DNA from: a virus
IMG/VR virus record: IMGVR_UViG_3300045988_137242
Direction: 5' to 3' (one strand)
Length of the DNA: 64,000 bases
Below the pieces are notes generated by a model that did not search any database, was not told the DNA's origin, and worked only from the letters and a program-made list of their open reading frames with translations. Below are positions 1 to 8,105 of this stretch, in pieces. The translations under genes were made by a program, and so were the position numbers. Position 1 is the stretch's first letter; every line of letters starts with the position of its first letter.

Positions 1-30
1 TTGCTGTTCACTACGGTAAGCTTCATAATG

Positions 31-981
31 TCAATCCAATTTAAACGGGTTCTCCTGCGGTGCTTCTTCGGCAACAGGGACAGACTCGGTGGTGTCGGTT
101 GGCTGCTGCATCTCGCCAGTCTGGGAGTCAACCACGATAACCTCTTTAGGCTGAGCAAACTCCTCGTCACGAGTAGCCGAGGAATCCTGCATCTCGTCGT
201 CGCCCATTGCGGAAATCATCTCGATGGAGAGATAGCCATACTTGGAAAGGAGTCGGCGAAGAACCGTCTTGGTTCCCATAGAGATGAAATCGCCTTCCCA
301 TCCTACCTTTCCTGTAGAGCCGTTGACGGCTTGCGAGTTTGCGAGGTCGCATAGGTCGTCAACCGTAGGCAGCGGATTGTCGGGAGTAGCCTTGCGTTTG
401 AAGGACGGAGAGAATTTGAGAGCATAAGCAGCCATATCCTGCAGTGACATATAGAGCGTCTTGGTGAATCCGTTGGTTGTCTCGAAGTGTGCGAAGAAGC
501 CCTCAATCTTGTCGCTAATCTTGTCGCCTGACAAGTCAATCATGCCGGAAAGCTTGTCTTTGCTGACCAGTTCGCCCTCATATACGACATCAGCATTGAT
601 GTTGCGATACTGCCCGGTGCGCATAGCCATCTGGATGTAACCACGGTAGCCGATAGTGAGAGTAGGAGTAGGCACCTTACGGCGGCTGACCTTATCCCAG
701 TTGTTGAAAACCACTATGTAGGCATAACCGAGCTGCTTGTTGAGCGGTAGTTTGAGCGTTGCCGCCTTGATAGCCTCCTGAATAACCTTGTTAGGGTCGC
801 AAGCCTGCAGCTGCGTATCGTTGGAGAAAATCTCGATAAGAGACGTGGCGAAGGTGCCGGAGTTCTTGCCGAGGACATTCTTCAGTTGTGTCTGTACGTA
901 GTTGCCGTTCATCTTGCTGTTGAAAGTGATGATGCTCTGCTGAGCAGGCGTGAGTTTGTTGGTCTTTGCTATTTCAGACAT
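31..981 (-). CDS. recT: RecT-family single-strand annealing recombinase
   Basis: 316-aa ORF. Core segments LGYAYIVVF and TIGYRGYIQMAMRTGQY are typical of RecT annealases, and the C-terminal tail is acidic. It lies next to a recombination ATPase. Confidence 0.85.
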   Translation of the reverse strand: MSEIAKTNKLTPAQQSIITFNSKMNGNYVQTQLKNVLGKNSGTFATSLIEIFSNDTQLQACDPNKVIQEAIKAATLKLPLNKQLGYAYIVVFNNWDKVSRRKVPTPTLTIGYRGYIQMAMRTGQYRNINADVVYEGELVSKDKLSGMIDLSGDKISDKIEGFFAHFETTNGFTKTLYMSLQDMAAYALKFSPSFKRKATPDNPLPTVDDLCDLANSQAVNGSTGKVGWEGDFISMGTKTVLRRLLSKYGYLSIEMISAMGDDEMQDSSATRDEEFAQPKEVIVVDSQTGEMQQPTDTTESVPVAEEAPQENPFKLD

Positions 982-1016
982 ATTAAAAATGAATTTTTAT
1001 TTAGTTAAACAATCAA

Positions 1017-3002
1017 TTAATCTCCATAGCTGAAAGTAAGTTCGTTGTCGTTGCTTACGTAGAGTCTGATTTGCTGACTGCCGAAAGATAGCGGCGAGAG
1101 GTTGGACTCACATTCGTCAAGAATCATAGGCACAGAGAGGTCGTAGTATTTGGCGAAGGTGTGGGCTATGTCGATGCCTGCGTTGATGCGTGCAGCTGTG
1201 TTGAGTTGGCTGTAAGGCACACCTTGATGATAGCACTCGCAGAAGGGCTTTTTCTCGCCATCGAGATTACTCTTGAAGAGTGACCACTGCACGAAGGAGA
1301 AAAATCCGTTGACAGATTCCTCAATGATGGAGCAGGAACGCTGATTGTATTCAGATGTGATGTCAAGCTGTGTGTCGAGTTCGTCGAGCTGCTTCTGATA
1401 GGTTTTCTTGTCGTTCTTGACCTCTTCAATCTTGTCGTTTATGCGGTCGAAAGAATCTTTCTTGGCAAGACGAGAGGAGAGAGTATTAATCTCGGCTGTG
1501 AGCGAGGACTTCTTGGCAAGGAGTTCATCAAGCATCTTCTGCTGTTCCGTACTGAGTTCAGAAGGCTTGGAGAGTTCATCTTCAAGGTGTTTGAGTTCGG
1601 CAGCGGCTTGGGAATAGTTTTCGTTAGCCTGCAGAATATCCTCATAGGAGCGTGGCTTTTCCTTCTCCACCTCTTTCAGCCGGGCTTCGGCATCGTTGAG
1701 AGCCTTGTGAGCCTTGGTGAGCTGCTTGGTAGTGGAAGAGCGTTCTTCGTTCATCTTTTCGAGCAAGTCTTTACACTCCTTATGTTCAGCCTTAATCTCG
1801 TCAGCCCGAGCCAAGAGAGCTTTCAGCCGTTCCGCTTTGTCAAGATTGAAACGCTGTTCGGATTCGGCTTTAAGACGGTTGATTTCGGCGAACGGGAGAG
1901 CCTGTCCGCAATAACGACAGATGCCATCCTTGGCTTTCCATGACCACGACTCGCTGTTAATCTCCTGATACTGGGCGCCAGCCTGCTTGATGTCCTCCTT
2001 CTGCTGCTGCAGTTGTGCGTTGAGCTGAATTTCGGACTCGGTGAAGCCCTGCATCTTGGCTTTCAGTTCGTCAACGACAGACTGCGCCTGTGACTTCTCC
2101 TTACGACCATTGATGAGGTCGGAATCATGTTTCGTGCGTTCATCAACGGAGATATTTCTTGCGCCTTTCTCCATCTCATCAATGCGCTTGTGCTGAAATT
2201 CGATACGCTTGCGAAGGCTATCGTTACGCACTTGGTCCACCGCTCCGTTTTGGATTGCGTTAATCTGTTCGGAGATAGAATCAGCCTGTGAATTTTTCTC
2301 CTTCAATTCAGTCGAGAGACCGTCCCAATCTTCCGCTTCGACCTGTACGGCATTGAGTTCCCGGAGACGGACTGGGATGTTGTCGAGCTGCTTCTGTATC
2401 TCGGTGCGCTTATATTTAATATGATGAAGGAACTGATCAATGCTTTCTTTTTTGAGTGCTTCTACAACGAAGTCGTATTTTGCGGAGCCTTGCGTTATAG
2501 TCGCAATAGGAATTTCCGGGATAAGCTGCTCAAGGAATTTCCGCTGTTTGTCCCACGGAAGCTGAGCGAAGAACGTTGGAGAGCTTGCGATACGAAAGGT
2601 TATCTCCGGGCAGATGGCTTCGACAGCCTTCTTGTAGTCGCTTGCGGTGTAGATTTCTCCGTTGACGAAATACTTATAATTGTTCTTGCACTCCTTGCCT
2701 TTCCATGAATCGAGGAGGGTACGCTTGAATGTGGTGGACTCGCCATCAACGGAGACGGTGAGTTCTGCGGAGTGCTCGATTTCGGGGATGATGTTGTGGT
2801 CTTTGTCGTAGGTCTTGATGTTTAGGGCATTGCCCTTTGCGTCAGTGCCGTAGAGGACGTAGACGATGGCATTGGCGAGAGTGCTCTTGCCTATGCCGTT
2901 GCGTCCACTGACGTTTACTATGTTTCTGTTCAAGCGGTATTCTGCATTGCTGATGCCGCAGAAGTTAAGGAGCTTGATGTTTTGGAATGTTATTGTCTTC
3001 AT
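1017..3002 (-). CDS. Rad50/SbcC-like ATPase with coiled coil and zinc hook
   Basis: 661 aa. N-terminal Walker A GRNGIGKST, a long charged heptad-like middle containing a CxxC hook (CRYCGQ), and a C-terminal Walker B-like MILDECES. Confidence 0.75.
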   Translation of the reverse strand: MKTITFQNIKLLNFCGISNAEYRLNRNIVNVSGRNGIGKSTLANAIVYVLYGTDAKGNALNIKTYDKDHNIIPEIEHSAELTVSVDGESTTFKRTLLDSWKGKECKNNYKYFVNGEIYTASDYKKAVEAICPEITFRIASSPTFFAQLPWDKQRKFLEQLIPEIPIATITQGSAKYDFVVEALKKESIDQFLHHIKYKRTEIQKQLDNIPVRLRELNAVQVEAEDWDGLSTELKEKNSQADSISEQINAIQNGAVDQVRNDSLRKRIEFQHKRIDEMEKGARNISVDERTKHDSDLINGRKEKSQAQSVVDELKAKMQGFTESEIQLNAQLQQQKEDIKQAGAQYQEINSESWSWKAKDGICRYCGQALPFAEINRLKAESEQRFNLDKAERLKALLARADEIKAEHKECKDLLEKMNEERSSTTKQLTKAHKALNDAEARLKEVEKEKPRSYEDILQANENYSQAAAELKHLEDELSKPSELSTEQQKMLDELLAKKSSLTAEINTLSSRLAKKDSFDRINDKIEEVKNDKKTYQKQLDELDTQLDITSEYNQRSCSIIEESVNGFFSFVQWSLFKSNLDGEKKPFCECYHQGVPYSQLNTAARINAGIDIAHTFAKYYDLSVPMILDECESNLSPLSFGSQQIRLYVSNDNELTFSYGD

Positions 3003-3004
3003 TG

Positions 3005-3640
3005 CTAAAAGTATTTTTGTTGGAACTTACGGCGGAGATAGTTGGCTACGTCTTCCGGGGTTTTCAAGAATCCTTCGTTGATAAGCATGGCTACTTGCTT
3101 TTCGAGTTCAAAATATTCTTTCTGTTTTTCTTCGGTGCCATATTCGTTGCGAAGCTTCTTCTCGTGCTTGTTGGTCACTATGTAGTTGATGCCCTTGCCA
3201 AGAATAGGCATGTAGCGTTTCATCTGATGCGGAGTGCAAATCTTCCCCATTGCGGAAGCCAACTCTTTGTAAGCGTCACCTGCTTCATTACGATAGGTGA
3301 GCATTTGGTCTGAAACAAATTTCAGAACTTTGACTTTAAAGGCTGGATTCAGCCACATTGCAAAATCGAGAAACATTAGAGGATGTCCCCATGTTCCGCC
3401 ATTTTTCCCTCTTGAAGCTAAATAGGGAGTTTTCTCCCCATTTATATTCTCCTCTTCGCATAAGGCTTTTATAAACTCCTGTGTTGCCTTGTTACCGAGA
3501 TAGTCTTTCAGTTCTTTCTTTGTATTATTACTGTTATTCCATTTACTTAACAGGTCGGTCAGATTGAAATATCCGTCTTTGGTACGCTGCTCAACCACGA
3601 AGTTAGCGAGCGGTCTTTTCATTATCTGATTCGTTATCAT
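3005..3640 (-). CDS. KilA-N domain DNA-binding protein
   Basis: 211 aa. The pattern DGYFNLTDLL ... GTWGHPLMFLDFAMWLNPAFKVKV matches the KilA-N signature (GTWxHP ... A.WL.P.F). Confidence 0.6.
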   Translation of the reverse strand: MITNQIMKRPLANFVVEQRTKDGYFNLTDLLSKWNNSNNTKKELKDYLGNKATQEFIKALCEEENINGEKTPYLASRGKNGGTWGHPLMFLDFAMWLNPAFKVKVLKFVSDQMLTYRNEAGDAYKELASAMGKICTPHQMKRYMPILGKGINYIVTNKHEKKLRNEYGTEEKQKEYFELEKQVAMLINEGFLKTPEDVANYLRRKFQQKYF

Positions 3641-3908
3641 TGCTTTTTTGCTTTTTTAGTTCCTCATAATGGAGTTCGAGAGCCTTTGCTGCGCTGTATG
3701 CGAAGAGGTCGCTGTTGCGCATTGCTTGCAGGAGAAGTTTTTCCATGTCCTCTTGTGGGGCGTGTAGCCAAGAGTATGCTTCGGAGCGGTTGGCGTCGCC
3801 CATGAGGACGATAGCCCGAAAATGGTTGCCGAGGTCGGCTGCTTTGTCTGCCTTGTCGAGGGTCTTCTTGACTTGCAGGAAGAAGTCTTGTCTGATGTTT
3901 TTATTCAT
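3603..3908 (-). CDS. hypothetical protein
   Basis: 101-aa ORF on the operon strand, tightly packed with its neighbours. No motif recognised. Confidence 0.4.
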   Translation of the reverse strand: MNKNIRQDFFLQVKKTLDKADKAADLGNHFRAIVLMGDANRSEAYSWLHAPQEDMEKLLLQAMRNSDLFAYSAAKALELHYEELKKQKSNDNESDNEKTAR

Positions 3909-4104
3909 CTGTAATAGGTTTGATTAGAATGTCGTTCAGCGTCTTGCTGTAAGTGACTCTCTTTTGCCTCAGAAGGGTGTTGAGCGTTTCGGAGAGGTCT
4001 TTCTGAACGGCTGTTTTCAGTTTAGAATAAAGGACGCCGCACGGAATATGATTTTCCGGCGGCATCAGTTCTTTTATTTTCTCTATTATATAATCCTCGT
4101 TCAT
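3901..4104 (-). CDS. hypothetical small protein
   Basis: 67-aa ORF with 4-8 nt overlaps to both neighbours (operon packing). Confidence 0.4.
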   Translation of the reverse strand: MNEDYIIEKIKELMPPENHIPCGVLYSKLKTAVQKDLSETLNTLLRQKRVTYSKTLNDILIKPITDE

Positions 4105-4631
4105 AGTCTGTCGGTTGAGCCTAATCCTCTGCGCCAGCCTCTGACTCTGCCATTGACGAGACCGACTGTAGGGACGAAGGTGAAGCGTCCTTGACAGATT
4201 CGGTTTTTTTTCGGGATGATAATTTTGAAGCCCAAGAGACGTAGGAAGCGGTGTTTGAGCCGGAACTGTCCGAACTTGACTATAGCCTGCACTTCTTCTC
4301 CGTAGCCGGAATCTATCAGTCCGAGTATGACATCAGCGTTGATGCGCAGAGGGGATGGAGTGGGGGAAATCCATTGTAGCCACTTGGGGTAATAAGCATA
4401 GGCTATCATGCCTTTGCCGGATTGTCCGCTGCGTGGCTGTATCTGCATGCCTATGTCGGGCGGTAGTGCTATCTTGAATCCGAGGGGGATATAGACCCTT
4501 GTGTTAGGAACTGCCTCTGTATCTCTTGAAGTGAAGAGGTCGTAGGCTGCATCATGCGGATTTGCCTTGCGTGGTGTGTAGCAAGGGTCGTCGGGTTGGA
4601 TGGTGATTGTGGTGATTGGAATTTTTGTCAT
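4101..4631 (-). CDS. dut: dUTP diphosphatase (trimeric dUTPase family, with insertion)
   Basis: dUTPase motifs are present in order: AAYDLF, PRSGQSGKG, GLIDSGYGEEV, and C-terminal RGWRRGLGST. Confidence 0.8.
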   Translation of the reverse strand: MTKIPITTITIQPDDPCYTPRKANPHDAAYDLFTSRDTEAVPNTRVYIPLGFKIALPPDIGMQIQPRSGQSGKGMIAYAYYPKWLQWISPTPSPLRINADVILGLIDSGYGEEVQAIVKFGQFRLKHRFLRLLGFKIIIPKKNRICQGRFTFVPTVGLVNGRVRGWRRGLGSTDRL

Positions 4632-4638
4632 AATTTAT

Positions 4639-5394
4639 TTATTTTTCTATTAGTGGCAGTATGTTGTGGTTTTTCAGCTCTTCATACAAGAAGAGCCTTC
4701 CTTTCTGCGTCCATTTCGTGTGCATGACAGAACCGGAAGAGCCATCTTTGTGCTCGATGAAGATAGTGTCGGATTGTACGTATCCGTTCGGCAGATGTTT
4801 TGCATACAGAATCCATTGCCCTCCGACTTTGTGCTGAATGCCGAAGTTTCGGAGGAGTACGTTGAAAGACTTGGCAGATAATCCGTAGTCTTGTGCTATC
4901 TGCGTGGTATTGACAGTCTCTTTGCTTGCAAGAATCTTATCCAAGTATGTAACCTTTGGCTGCATGGTGGCTATTGTTCCGCTTAGTTCGACAATCTCCT
5001 TGGAGTTAGCTTCGAGCCGTTTTTGCTGCGCTTCAATCTGTTCGGCTTGGTCGGCTGCGAGACGCAGGGCTTCGGCGAAGGTGGTTGGGATTTTGGCAAT
5101 AGGGGAGAGCTGTTTGGTTTCGAGTTCTTCCCAACGGTTGATAATTCTTTCCCGAAGAAGGGCATCATAGCCACTGGCGAGAATCAGACACCCTTTCTTT
5201 GTGAGGGAATAACACTTCTGCTGCCTGTTTGATTTATCGACATAAGAGGTCTCCTCAAAATTGAGGGCATCTACACCTTGCTTTAAAATGTTCTGAATAT
5301 CACGTACAACATTGTCGTGACGCTTACCTGTAACCTCTGCGATTTCAAGTGAGGTCATTGTTTCTTTGTTGATGATTTCATTTCCATTCGTCAT
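4639..5394 (-). CDS. Rha-family regulator / KilAC-type antirepressor
   Basis: N-terminal TSLEIAEVTGKRHDNVVRDIQNIL (Rha signature). C-terminal TTQIAQDYGLSAKSFNVLLRNFGIQ ... (KilAC/ANT-like). Confidence 0.75.
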   Translation of the reverse strand: MTNGNEIINKETMTSLEIAEVTGKRHDNVVRDIQNILKQGVDALNFEETSYVDKSNRQQKCYSLTKKGCLILASGYDALLRERIINRWEELETKQLSPIAKIPTTFAEALRLAADQAEQIEAQQKRLEANSKEIVELSGTIATMQPKVTYLDKILASKETVNTTQIAQDYGLSAKSFNVLLRNFGIQHKVGGQWILYAKHLPNGYVQSDTIFIEHKDGSSGSVMHTKWTQKGRLFLYEELKNHNILPLIEK

Positions 5395-5890
5395 AGTTCT
5401 TTTCTATTTTTAGTCGTTCAACTTCCTTCTTGTAGAACTCAATGAGTTCTTGTAGCTCGAACAGAGACCAATTTCTGGCTTGACGATGTTTCCATTCTAA
5501 CAGTTCCATCTTCTTTGGACCAAGCTTCTTTTCTAAATACTTGCCCAAGTATATCAGATGTGAGCTGTTGAATCTGTTATCATATTGGCACTCGATTGTT
5601 ACGTTGTCCGGGTCAAATCTTGTCGCCATGTGAGTACGACTCCAATAATGGCTTGCGTCTCCTTTAGCGAAAGGTAGGATGCGCCTGCAAGTAGGGCATT
5701 GAAACACACCTTCATCGTTTACATCACGAAGTCTGATGTATAGCGAGAACCACCTGTCAAGCTTCTTGATGAGAGCTGATTTGCTCAGCCCTGCCTTAGC
5801 TTTTTTCTTCTCCTGCTGCTTGGCTTTGCTTTCCCAGGGTGTCTGTTTGAGAGGTGTCCTTTTGAGCGGTTTGTATCTTTTTAGAGCCAT
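5378..5890 (-). CDS. ninG: NinG-like recombination protein
   Basis: Pattern FSLYIRLRD ... CPTC ... DASHYWSR ... RF ... N ... ECQYDN parallels lambda NinG (IRxRD, CxxC, HY, CxxCN). Confidence 0.7.
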   Translation of the reverse strand: MALKRYKPLKRTPLKQTPWESKAKQQEKKKAKAGLSKSALIKKLDRWFSLYIRLRDVNDEGVFQCPTCRRILPFAKGDASHYWSRTHMATRFDPDNVTIECQYDNRFNSSHLIYLGKYLEKKLGPKKMELLEWKHRQARNWSLFELQELIEFYKKEVERLKIEKNYDEWK

Positions 5891-5898
5891 ATACCTTA

Positions 5899-6135
5899 TT
5901 ATATATCTCTGCTAATCACGTTGCCGAGGTCTGCGGAGAGGTTCTTGATTTTACTGTTGAGGATATTGATTCTACGAACGTACAGTTCGAAGACACATAG
6001 TGAGCACCATGCGTTGTCTTCGAGCAGCGTGTATATTTCGTTAACCCTTTCTTGATAAGGAAGGGTTGGGTTGATTTTTATCATATTTGGATTGGGGGTT
6101 AGTTCTTCAAATAAAGAGAATCCTTCTATCTTCAC
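5899..6135 (-). CDS. hypothetical protein
   Basis: 78-aa ORF, first gene of the leftward block. No motif recognised. Confidence 0.4.
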   Translation of the reverse strand: MKIEGFSLFEELTPNPNMIKINPTLPYQERVNEIYTLLEDNAWCSLCVFELYVRRINILNSKIKNLSADLGNVISRDI

Positions 6136-6623
6136 AGACGGAAGGATAAAGCAAAAATGTATTACAACTACAATGAAGTATCGCTATACTTCGATTTCCA
6201 TAACCTATGAATTAGAACTTAAATCTAATAATATGAAAAACTTCAATTTATATAATTGGTCATCTTATTCGAAAGTAAAGCCAGATGCTTTTTGTACGGC
6301 TTGCCCAAGGCTGCATCTGACGGGGCTTATATATGGTGATAAGAAATGTGCTACGAAAATATCTCCGCATTTCACAACGAGGAGATATGTACACTCATAT
6401 ACAATTAAATAACACAAAACTAATAACGAGTGGGACATCGAGGAGTTGCACCTCTAAGGTAATCATTCACATTAACATTATTAAAACACACGGCTAAAAT
6501 CTGCCTGTTTATTTACTCGTTCGACACAGACAAAAAACGAACATGTCCCGAAAAGCCTGCTTGTCTTCACAGATTTGCAGGTAAAAATTCAAAATAATGA
6601 TTTCAAAAGTAATAAAAAGGGGG

Positions 6624-6953
6624 GGGGAGGTGCGGCAGGGCTTGAACCTGCGTCTATGATAATTCATTATTCTGTCCATCGTGTTTCTGAACTACACACC
6701 TCTATTGGTTTCGGCTTGCAGCGTTATCTGCAATTTAAGAGCCATGCTCACCGAGGTCGTATTATGTCAAATCCTTTTATCCAATATCCAATAAGTCAAA
6801 GAGCTGCGCTGCGGAAGAGATAGTCGCCTCGGTTCTACTTCCTTATGGTTTACGCTTCCGTGATGATGGGGAGCGAAAGACTGTACCGTCCATCCAGTTG
6901 GTGGTGTGGTCGTTCTCGCTACGGAATGTCGGTCTTGAACCGTCTCCACACCT
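6624..6953 (-). ncRNA. tmRNA-like structured RNA (non-canonical)
   Basis: Acceptor pairing AGGUGUG (6953-6947) with CGCACCU (6634-6628). T arm GCAGG-UUCAAGC-CCUGC (6651-6635). A GGUUCAAGAC D-loop analogue. Long-range helix 6915-6903 with 6700-6689. Short internal tag-like frame GDYLFRSAAL* (6828-6796). There is no 3:70 G-U pair and no encoded CCA. Confidence 0.5.
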
Positions 6954-6962
6954 CAATAAAAC

Positions 6963-6970
6963 CAAATCTA
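6963..6970 (-). promoter_or_regulatory. Bacteroidota -7 box (TAGATTTG) upstream of the tmRNA-like gene
   Basis: The minus strand reads TAGATTTG, matching TAnnTTTG. It sits about 10 nt upstream of the proposed 5' acceptor strand. Confidence 0.4.
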
Positions 6971-7061
6971 ATCGTCTATGAAACTCTCTCTTCTATTCTC
7001 CCGAACTGAAGAGAGATAAAAAATTACGCTATGATATTATCCTATTGCCTATCGGCTTTGC

Positions 7062-7277
7062 TTAATCTTCTTCTATCAACAGCTCGGGGTATCTCTTGAC
7101 GAGGAGTCCACCATACAGGTTCTTTGTGATTGCCCTGATGTTACGTGCGAGTTCGGTGTTCGTCCGGTATGAAAGAGCATTGTAAACCATTGCTACATGG
7201 CATTCCGCTGTCTTGGCTATTAAAGGAATTTTGCTGTTCCTTACAAGAATTTTTGGCTTATATATTATTTTATCCAT
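7062..7277 (-). CDS. small putative DNA-binding protein (Cro-like position)
   Basis: 71 aa when started at the internal Met (MDKIIYK...). The longer ORF N-terminus is AT-rich low complexity. The gene is divergent from the CI-like gene and has a helix-turn-helix-like stretch IAKTAECHVAMVYNAL. Confidence 0.35.
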   Translation of the reverse strand: MDKIIYKPKILVRNSKIPLIAKTAECHVAMVYNALSYRTNTELARNIRAITKNLYGGLLVKRYPELLIEED

Positions 7278-7286
7278 AATTTTTAT

Positions 7287-7294
7287 TATATTTG
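7287..7294 (+). promoter_or_regulatory. candidate -7 box TATATTTG (rightward)
   Basis: Matches TAnnTTTG and points toward the CI-like gene. Confidence 0.3.
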
Positions 7295-7339
7295 CAACGT
7301 AAATGAATATACGATATATCATCGTGTAGAATACAGGTG

Positions 7340-7347
7340 CAAATATA
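7340..7347 (-). promoter_or_regulatory. candidate -7 box TATATTTG (leftward)
   Basis: The plus strand reads CAAATATA. It points toward the 7277 start and lies to the right of the rightward box, giving a face-to-face arrangement. Confidence 0.3.
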
Positions 7348-7441
7348 CAAGATTCTGAAGATACATCCAAATATTTAGATATATATGTCTATATATTTGT
7401 ATTTTATTTAATAATATTCAAAGATTTAAACATTGAGAATT

Positions 7442-7792
7442 ATGAGTTTGGCTGATAGGATTAATGAGGTGAGAGAGTATTATAAGCTGAGTGGCAATGC
7501 TTTAGCTGTTAGGATAGACATGAAGTACACTACGATATATAACTATCTGAACGGAAAAGACCCTTCTGCGGAGTTTCTTATACGCTTAAAATCCACGTTT
7601 GTGGATATAGACATGAACTGGCTGTTTACCGGGGAAGGCTCAATGTTGTTGAGTAAGGCGGTTACACCCGACAAGTTGATAAAGGAGCTTGCGGACACAA
7701 AGACGGAGCTGCTGATACAGAAGGGTGTAACGGATAGGCTGTGCAAGATTATTGAGGAGAGACTGAGACTCGATGGGAATAAAGAAGTGTAG
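7442..7792 (+). CDS. CI-type phage repressor (HTH)
   Basis: ATG lies 9 nt inside the listed ORF. HTH KLSGNALAVRIDMKYTTIYNYLNGK is followed by DMNWLFTGEGSM, the hallmark ending of the Bacteroidota Phage_CI_repr-type HTH. Confidence 0.8.
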   Translation: MSLADRINEVREYYKLSGNALAVRIDMKYTTIYNYLNGKDPSAEFLIRLKSTFVDIDMNWLFTGEGSMLLSKAVTPDKLIKELADTKTELLIQKGVTDRLCKIIEERLRLDGNKEV

Positions 7793-7802
7793 GGCGATTC
7801 TG

Positions 7803-8105
7803 CTAAAGTCCTTCCTGCAGCTTCATGTATTCTTCCTGCTGCTCTGTCATACCCTTGATTAGAGCATCCTTGACCTTTGCGAAGAATTCTTTCTGCGTGT
7901 TTCCTCTATGGATAACTACGACATTAGGGATTTTGATTTTATTGATAAAGGAAACGTTTTTCCGTGACAAAAAGACGATGCACAATTCGTATTGCGACAA
8001 GTAAAGAATGTAGCTGTTCGATTTCTTCTCGTGCATTTCTTCATACTTGAAACCTCTTTTGTCAAGAAAGTGTTTTATTTTATTGAATTTCAACTCGGCT
8101 TTCAT
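7803..8105 (-). CDS. hypothetical protein (lysogeny-region moron candidate)
   Basis: 100 aa from the internal Met (MKAELKF...). The upstream part of the listed ORF runs through AT-repeat and hairpin DNA. Confidence 0.45.
   Translation of the reverse strand: MKAELKFNKIKHFLDKRGFKYEEMHEKKSNSYILYLSQYELCIVFLSRKNVSFINKIKIPNVVVIHRGNTQKEFFAKVKDALIKGMTEQQEEYMKLQEGL

Noticed and set aside
1-354. 117-aa plus-strand ORF at the window start.
   Set aside because: It is antisense to the C-terminal part of recT and truncated by the window edge, with shadow composition.
6071-6412. 113-aa plus-strand ORF in the AT-rich region left of the tmRNA-like gene.
   Set aside because: It overlaps the 5899-6135 gene start and runs through AT-rich, hairpin-containing DNA. 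Its composition (N/K/Y/I/T) is typical of random AT-rich frames.
6575-6949. ORFs 6575-6823 (+, 82 aa) and 6767-6949 (-, 60 aa).
   Set aside because: They lie inside the segment better explained by the tRNA-like/tmRNA-like fold. The plus ORF starts in a G9 run and neither has protein-like composition.
6136-7061. Interpretation of the tmRNA-like gene as a host ssrA marking a prophage-host junction or tandem prophages.
   Set aside because: Both sides are phage genes with matching style. There is no integrase adjacent to its 3' end. The gene also lacks the G3:U70 pair and the CCA expected of a functional host ssrA. The idea cannot be fully excluded without host comparison.
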